From an uncultured Eubacteriales bacterium (GTDB lineage Bacteria; Bacillota; Clostridia; Christensenellales; CAG-917), in the NCBI GenBank assembly GCA_900549225.1, contig URNP01000004.1, forward strand, positions 3,931 to 67,930: 64,000 nucleotides of DNA. Reading direction: 5' to 3'. Shown in pieces: positions 40,901 through 49,900 of the stretch. The notes under the pieces were generated by a model. It was not told the origin of the DNA and did no database searches. It worked only from the letters and a program-made list of their open reading frames with translations. Each line of letters opens with the position of its first letter. Position 1 is the stretch's first letter. A program made the position numbers and the translations under genes.

Positions 40901-43900
40901 GTCGGGCATGAACGTTGCAAGCACGAATGCAATCAACGCTTTGGTGATTTGGATTTGGAATTGAGCGTCGCTGTACGCAAGCAAAACTACTGCGTCGCGA
41001 GTTGCGCTGCGGAGATCTTGCTCGTCGCTTGCAGTTTGAGCACCGTTATTCTCTTTGTCGCCGCCTTTCGAGCCGAACTTGTCAATAACTTTCTTTGCAA
41101 AGTCAACGAAGTTTTCAATCTTGGAGTAGTTCTCTGCCGTACCGACCACACCGGTGAGGTCGAGATAGAACGTACCGCCGCTCAGATACATACCGCCGAG
41201 CACCTTGTCGTTGCCGTCCTTCGTTCCTTTTGCCGTGTCGTATTTTGCAAAGTAGCCTTCACTGTCGACTTCGACGAATTGAATTGCGAGTTCGACCTTG
41301 CTCAAATCGCTGTTGCCGATAAAGTCGCCAAACGAGCCGCCCGAAGCAAGTCCTTGCAAATCGAGAGCCGCAAGATCTATGTTTGCGGATATTCTCAAAC
41401 CGATGCCTGCGTTGAATGCGGACAAGGTTTGCAAGTTGATGATCATATCGCGGAACGCATTGGGAAGCAAGCCGCCTGCGTTGACGACTTCCGCACTTGC
41501 GGAATTGAAGTAAATCAAACCGCTTACGCTCAACGAAATGTTTTGATCCTGATAGGTTTCCTGACCGCACTTCTTGTAGAGTTTCGCCTCTTTTGCAAGT
41601 GCGTTGCGAGTGGTGACGTTGCCGTCCGCATCCGTTTCGGTGACGGTCATCGCTTCGAGCACTCTCTTGTAGAAGACGGTGCTTTGCGGAGCGTTTGCGT
41701 CGTTGCGGTTGACGTAGATATCATTTTGAGCGTCGTAAACGTACACTGCGTCGTCATCTTCGGATTGAACGTAATTGACGTAGTATGCGTATTGTTTGCC
41801 GTCCTCTGCACTCGTCTGAACGGTTGCGTAGGAGCGTGCGTACATAGTGACGCCGGTGAGGTCTTCTTTGCTGTAGCGTTTCGTGCCTTCTTCGAGCACT
41901 TCGCCTTCGCCGATGAGTCTGTACTCGCCCGTCGCTTCGTCAAAGACGAATGCGCCGTTTGCGTCAACGTTGAAGTTGGGCTTGCGATACATACCCGTCT
42001 TGAGCAGGTATTCGCCGCCTTCGCTTTCGTTGAACGCGTAGTAAATGCCGTTGTCGACGAGTTCGGTTTCTCTCTGATAATTCTCGCCTCTGAATCCTCC
42101 GATGAGAGCAAGAATGTTGGCTATATAGTCGTCCAAAGAGATGAATTCGAGTCTTTCGTCGTTGTCGAGAAGGGTCTGATAATCGTTGACGCTTTCAAGA
42201 CCGACTTTTGCATCTACGCCGAGTTTTAAGTCAAACGTGAACGGTCTTGTGTTGCCGTCTTCGTCTTTGATCGGGTCTTTCTTGTTGGCAAGAGCAAGTT
42301 TGAGTTGCAACGCAAGCGCATTGTCGAGATAGCCCTTGAACAATTCGGCGGTTTGCGGATAGAGGAAGATTCCGCTTTGCGCTTCGTCAATGACGGCATT
42401 CTCGGAGTTCACTTCTTGCTTGAACAGCATCGATAACAAGTCGTTGATGAAGTTTGCGCGCAAGAATACGCCGAGAGATTCTATCTTGTTGATATTGCTG
42501 TCTGCTTTCCACGGCGCTGCGCTGAGCACGAGCTTGGAAACGATCGTATTCAACAGTTGCGCAACGTCAAGACCCTTGTCTTGCGTGTCGCCCGTTGTTG
42601 TATCGTCCGCAGTAGACGCGTCAGAACTGCTAGCGAGGTCGACACCGAGTCTGCCGAGCAATTCGAAGAGTCCGACTTGTACACGCGGACCGCCGATGCC
42701 GGCCAGATCAACGTATACGTCACCGTTGAGCAAATAAATGTTGAGATAAGCGTTGCTCTGTTCGTGCTCGTAATCGAAGTCTATGCCGATGCTTGCTTCG
42801 AGGCCTTTGAGAATTGTGTTGACGTCAAGATTTCCGAAATCGATCTTGGTAATGTCCTCCATGCCCATCGCTTGCAAGTTGAGTCTTGCTTTGACGTCGA
42901 GTTTGAAGCCGTCGTCCATCTTGTCGGAGAGCATAAGGTTGAGTCCCAAACGCTTGAGCAAATCGCCGACGCTGAACTTGTCCTTGATGATTTCCGCTTT
43001 GAATTCTTCGTTGTCGGTGTTGATGCGGATTTGCGGAAGCATCGTATTGAGAATGCTCTGCAAGCCGTCCATTCCGAGAACGAGATTGAGCAATTCGTCG
43101 AATGCGAAACCGTCACGGATATAACTTCCGTTGTCGTCTTGCACGAATCTGCCGTCGTAGTTGAGAGAATATCTGTCTTGCGGAGAGAAGGATTCGAGAG
43201 CCTTCTTGTCCGTGACGAGAACGTACGTCGCGCTTGCATAGTAGTCTACGATAAGACTGAGGTCAAGAGCGATAATATGCGCTTCTTGAAGTCCTTTATA
43301 GTAACTTCTGTATGCGCCGTCGTCCGCTTTGACGTATTTTCCCGTGGCGTCAAGTCTGTATCTGTCGCCCTTGTAGGTGTCTTTTTCGGTTTCTGTAAGT
43401 TCGACGAACTTGTCGATACCTTTGCGAGCCTTGTTCTTTATCGTGCCGTATGCGCCGTCTTCGTTTTTGCCGGTTGCGACGTCGATATTGCCGATATTCA
43501 CGCCGAGTGCGATGAGTTTGCTGTCAACGTTGATATCGAGAGAAATTGACGGATCGAGTTGCAAATCAACGCCGACTTGAATGTCAAGGTCGAGTTTTTC
43601 GAGATTTTCGTCAACCTTTAGATCACTTTCGCCTTTTGAAGTGAGTGCGGCAATGAGGCCTACGAGCACGTTTTGCATAACGAGTGCACTGAGTTTGCCG
43701 TCCGCAATGTTGAGAACGACTTGCATTTGCTCCTCTGCCGAGAGCGTGCTCTCATCGGATGCCGTAGAAGCCTCCGAATTGTTGATTTGCGACTTGATAT
43801 CGCCGAGAAGTTTGACGATTGCGTCGCAAACGACTTCGCTGATATTGGTTTTCTCGAGATAGAAGGGTTCGCGTCCGAGGTCGCCTAAGTCGAAATAGAC

Positions 43901-46900
43901 ATTTTGGCCTTCGATGTAAACCGCTATTATATTTTTAATTACAGTATCATTGTCATTTAATGAAATCTCAAGAACAATATTGGTGTCGTTGGGCTCGTTG
44001 AGCGCAAGGTTTGCGCCGAGGCTGATACGGACGTCGTATTCGATATCGTCGTACATATCAAGTCCGAGTTCGATTCCGAGATCTTTAATGAACAAATCGA
44101 GATAGTTTTCAATGCGGATTTGCTCTTTTTGGCCTTTGATCTTGAGATCGAGTCCGAGATCGAGGTTGAGCGACAACGTGTCGAGGTTTTCGACCGTCGT
44201 GTAAATAGTCGAGTCGAAATCTTCGGGAAGAACTCCGCCCTCTTTGCCGAGAGCAAGGTTGATTTCGCTTATTTCAAGACCGATATAAACGGGAGAAATC
44301 TCTGCGTTGAGTCGGATATTGTAATCGTTCTTCCACGCCAAAGCAAGATAACTTCTGTCCGAATTGAGTTTGATGAATTTCTCGGGGTCGACTTGCTTGC
44401 CTGCAAGCATTTGAACGAGCGTGACGATTAAACCTTCCGCAAAGTTGATTTGCAAACCATCGGAGCCTACGCCGATATAACCGATGATGCCGCCGAGCAC
44501 AGAACCGAGGATGCCCATAATGTCGATTCCGCCACTCTCTTCGTCTGCCATCGTGGTTGCTCCTGCTTCGGAAGAGTTGCCGCCGCCGATCAAACCGCCG
44601 AGCAATGCGCCGAGGTCAATGTTTGAAAGCGCGACGTGGAAGTCGTTGCTCAAATCGAGATAAACCGTGCTTACCGCATTGCCTTGAGCGTTTTCGCCCG
44701 TGCTTTGCAAGCGGAGAGCAAGGATAACGTGTTCGATCTTGTCCTGATTGGTCATTGCGTCGATATCGACAATGCTTCTGTTGTAAATTTCGATTGCGAT
44801 ATCGCTGTGGGACGCTATATACGCAATATCGAGCAAACTTGCCTTGGTGAAGACTCTGTCGTTTGCAAATTGATTTGCGTTTTCGTCCGTGATATTGACT
44901 TTGACGTATGCGTCGTCAACGAGAACGTAGCCCTCTCCTCTGTATGCGAGGTCGGTGACTTCGTTCAAAGCGATTCCGCCGGTGACGTATTGTTTGAGAT
45001 AAACGTCGCCCGCATACTTCTTGTCGCTCGTCAAATCACGCTCTTCGTCGGTAAGGAGAGTGTATTTCGTGCCGTCGAGTTTGTAAACTTCGACGAATCT
45101 TGCAAGATTTGCAAGTTCGGAGTTTGCATACTTCTTGAACACCGCGTTTTGCGTGAGATCGACGGGAACGTCGGGATTGAGGTTCGCGTTGAGTGCGATA
45201 CGGAATCCGATTTCCGCACCCGCCTCGACGGGAACGCTGTAGGTGAGAAGAAGTTGTCTGATGAAGGAATTGAGTTGAGGATTGCTCTCGTCAAGGAAGG
45301 ACGCTATCCATTCGCCGACCGTCCAGGACGTGTTGCCTTGGTGTGCGCCGACACTGAACGTGCCCTTGATCTCTGCATAAATACTGGGGATCGTGATATC
45401 GCCGTAGTCGTTGAAGAGCGGAATGCTTTCATACACGTCTTCGTCTTCACTTGTGATGTATTGAGCCATCGTCTGCGCCGCTTCGCCGTCACGCACGATC
45501 TTGATAGGCTCAATTGCACTGCCGCCGATGGTAAGTTCGAGCGGATTGAGCGTTGCTCCGTCTGCACTCTTGACCGTCGTGCCGATATAGATTTCCGCAC
45601 CTGCGAGCTTTTGACCTTCGTCGGTATTGATATCAACGCCGACTCTTACGGGTTTGTTGTCGAATTTGTCTTTGACGTTTGCCCAAGCAATTTGCGCCCA
45701 AGCCGTGATATCGCTTGCGTCGATGCCGATGATCTGATACACGATATCCGTCAAGCCTTTTGCAATCTGCAACTTGACGTTGTCGGAAGAAAGCGTTGCG
45801 ATGATGTCAAGCGCAAGCGCTCTTCTAGCATCGGTATCGTCCACGCCCGTTGCCGACGCAATCAACGCCTCTGCCGTTGCCGTGCCGTTGACGGAAACGG
45901 TGGTGTCTTTGACGAGCAACGAGAGAATGACCTCGTAGAGATCGATTTCGGTTTGAATCTTGCCGAGTCCGAAGTTGCTTGCGTCAAGATAGAGTACGCC
46001 GGAGGTATAGTAAATTCCGAGCAAGACTTTGCGGTCTTGTCCGAATTTCTTGCCCGTGAGTTCGACGAGCAACTCGCTGTGATTGTTTTTGGTGTTGATT
46101 TGCGTCTCTTTGAAGAGCAAATACTTCAAAATCGGAGAAAGATCGAGTTGTCCCGCAACACGCAACTCGTAATTGATGTCCATTTCGGAGTCGAATGCGA
46201 GAGTCGCTTTGGTTATATTCTCTTCTTTAAAGTTTCCGTTTGAATCTTTATAATAGAGCACGCCCGTATACGTTGAAGGAACGGGTGTCTTTTCGATTTC
46301 GATATATTCACCGTTTTCGTTAAGCCAATATTTGCCTTCTCCGAACACGAGTTCTCTCGAACCTTGGTCTGCGGTGAATTCGATGCCGAGCGTAAGATCG
46401 AGTCCTACGAACGGATATTCCAAAATCTCGGTGAAACTATCCTTTTGAAGTTTGTCGTTTTCAAGATAATCGGTCGTTTTGTCGTTCAAACCTGCGGACA
46501 AACCGTTGAGCGACAAATCAAGGCTGACGTTGTTGCCCAAAGAAAGGAAGATGCCGAGTTGGAAATCTGGCAAATAGAGACCGTCGTTGAGCGCAATGCG
46601 AATTCCGCCGTCAAAATCGGTGCTTGCAAAACCGATCTTAACGTTGTTTTGCACTTCGCGATAGTCGTTGTAGAAGTCGTTGTGATAGTACTCTTTTCCG
46701 CCGAACGCTTTGTACGGGGTGAGAGTTGCGGTCTTTACGTATTTGCCGGTTGCGATATTGAACCAATATTCGCCGTTGGCAGCCGCATTGTACTCGCCGC
46801 TGCTGCTGTCGTAAGAATAATACTTACCGCTCTTTTCGTAATTCTCAGATGCGGCTTGCGTGCTCTTTGCAACGTATTGATTGGTTGCGATATCGAACCA

Positions 46901-49900
46901 ATACTCGCCGTTGTCGGCCGCTTCAACCAAATAATACTTGCCGCTCAACGCATAGTTGGCGGGTGCGGCTTGCGTGTTCTTTGCGACGTATTGTTTCGTT
47001 GCAACATCATACCAATGCGTGCCGTTTTCTTCGGTGGCTTCGGTATAAGTGTTGTCTGACTCATTAAACGTGTAGAATTTGCCGCTCAATGCATAGTTGG
47101 CAGGTGCACTTTGTGCGCTCTTTGCTATATACTTGCCCGTTGCGACGTCAAACCAGTGCGTACCGTTTGCCGCAGTGGAGAACGTGTAGAATTTGCCTGA
47201 TTTCAGATAGAATTCATCGGTATTTCTGCTCGTATCGGCAAAGGAAACGTACTCGCCGTTCAAGTCGAGCCAATAGGTTTGGTCATAACTGAGACCGAGG
47301 ATGTTGAGAACTTTGTCGAAAAGTCCCGCTGCAAGCACGACCTCGAAAGCGTGGTTGCCGAGCTTGAAGCCGTCGATTATGCCTGCCACGAAGCCGAGAA
47401 TCGAATTGACGTTAAGGCCGTCCTTGGGAGTCGTTTCGTCTGCAACTGCCGCTTCTTGAGCGTCGTTTTGAGAACCGTCGCCGTCAAGTCCGAGCATACC
47501 GATCAGTTCTTTGACGTCGATTTTGATTTCTTTGACGTTGATGCAGAGCAAATCTGCCTTCAAATATGCCCAACCGTCTTGCAAGTAGATTGCCAAAAGC
47601 GGATTGTTGCCTTCGACGTCCGATCTTCTTGTGATTGCAATCTTCGCAGAAGATTTGAGGAGTATGTCGAGAATCGCGCTCGTGTCAAGACCGCCCGTAA
47701 GGTCGAGGTCTGCGTTGACGTCGAGTTTAAGTCCGCCCTCGATATTGTCAAGTTCGAGCAATACGTTGACGAGAACGCCCTTGAACAAGTTGCCGAGTTC
47801 CTGATCGGGAAGATCGATGGAAATTTCAGCAAGTTTGCCTTTGAGCGTGTCGATATCGATCGAAAGTCCCGTCGAGAGATTGACGTGGAGCAAATCCGTG
47901 TTGAGTGCGCCGTTCTTGAGAATGGGCAGATATGCGCCGGGATTGTCCGCAAGGTCTTGTTCAAGGTCGGTGAAATTCTTTTCAAATTGACCTTGATTGG
48001 TGATTTTACCGAAGGTAACGTCGATGCTGAGTCCAAGTCCGATCAACGGATCGAGCGTGAAGTCGGTGTGCGTTTCGTTGTATTCGCGGATACCGAGCGT
48101 TGCGTCCAACTTGATTGATTTCTCTTGTTGTGCGCCCTTGTTCGTATAGGTGAGACTTGCTTCGGAAATGGGGATATCTGCGCCGATATTATTGCCTGTG
48201 AACACCATTCCGAATATCGTTTCGAGCAAATCTCTAGTGAGATCGAATTGGATACCGTTGATATTGAATATGTTTTCGTCCATATCAACATTGATATGGT
48301 CGAGTATCGTGCTTACGAGTGCCAACACGTCAACGCTTCCGTCGCCGTCGGCAGATTCAAACGCACCGTGTTGAACGATAAGTTCGCCGTTGTCGACGAG
48401 CGCTTGTTGGATAGCTTGCGCTTTCATGCCGTCGGCAAAGTAATCGCGCGCCGCTTGAGAAGTCGCGTCGCCCTTGAGTCCGTCGATAGCGCCCTTGATC
48501 TTGTCGAAAAGTTGACCGATGAGATCGTCGAGCAATTGATTGACGTTGATATCGTCAATCTTGAACTTCGTTCCGTTAGAGCCGAGCAAACCGCTTGCGT
48601 CGATATAAATGCCGTTCAGACTGCCCTTGTAAAGCGCACTGAGGCGTTCTCTGTTGTCTCTGCCGAGAACTCTGACCGCAAGTTTGGTATCTTCGGGGTT
48701 TCTTGTGTTGATTTCACCTTGGAGAGTGATTGTGAGTTGAACCGTTCCGCTTGCAAAGTCGATTTCTTTTGCAAACAACGGCTGAAGCGCCGCAAGCAAT
48801 TCGGCGTCGAGATTTTGTTTGAGGAGATTTGAAATGAGAGTGCCGAAAGAATCCACCACGTTGTCGATGGACACTTTCTTTTGTGCAAAGTCGAGTGAGA
48901 GAGTTATTGCGCCGTCAAGCGTAAGGAAAGAGTATTGTTGCGCAGTTTCAATTGCTTCGAGCAAAGTCTTGCCGTCGGATCCGGTACGATTTGCAAGAAT
49001 ATCCTTGACGTCGAGATCGGGAGTGCCTGCGAATTCGGCTTTCGCATAGCCCAAATCGATACCGAATTCGGATTGGAACGTGCCGTACTTTTCTTGGATG
49101 TCGGGAATTCCGCTCGAATTGAGGTTTACGTCAATGCTGAAATTGGTTTCTTTGAGCGATCCGTTGTAAATGTCTGCTTCCAGATAAAGCGCAACGCCCG
49201 CCAAAGCACCGATTTTGCCCAGATCGAGTCCGAGCACGTCTTTGACGAGTCCGATAATGTTTTCGGGGATAAGACCTTGAACGAACGGAATGAGCGTCAC
49301 GATAAGTCCGAGATCGCAAGGTATACGCAAAACCTGACGGCCGTTGCCGTAGTCCACGAGCGTGCTCTTGCTTGATCCGAACAGTATGTTGACGAGCAAT
49401 TCTTCAACCGTCAAATGGGCTATGTCGATTTTGATCAGACTGTTGACGAGTCCGCCGATATCGTAACCCATAATGGTGTCGTAAAGGATTGAGGAAAGAT
49501 CGAGTTGTTCGAGAGCGTCGGAAAATCTAGCCACGAAAGTGCTCATGTTGATGGTGTCCGTGTATACGACGTGGACGCCGTCGCCTTTCTTGATTCCGCG
49601 CATATCGGCAACGAGTTTGCCGTTATAGTAGTATGCACCGAAGAGCATCGTGCCTTTTCCGTCTTTCGCCATATCCGTGATGGTCTGACGATCGAGAGTA
49701 CGACCTGCGATTTGGTCTTTTCCCAACTTCCAGAACTCAACGAGGATTTGACTGTTGTCGTCGTTCACTCTGTCAATCTTGCCTGCAAAGCGAGCAACGA
49801 TAAGCGATTCGTAGGAATCCTTGGCAAATCCGAGCACGAAAGCCGTGTCGACGTTTATGTACTGCTTGTCCTTTTCGGCACCCGCTTCCAAAAGCGCTGC

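Noticed and set aside
38234-42229. A 1,331-aa plus-strand ORF, together with other long plus-strand ORFs such as 44636..46243, 42557..43549, 27014..28210, 24701..25876 and 34103..35014, lying antisense inside the giant gene.
   Set aside because: These are shadow ORFs of a strongly biased coding strand. Their translations are rich in V/F/R/C/H and lack motifs, none has a convincing RBS, and they are fully nested in a 27-kb ORF whose reading frame is self-evidently real.
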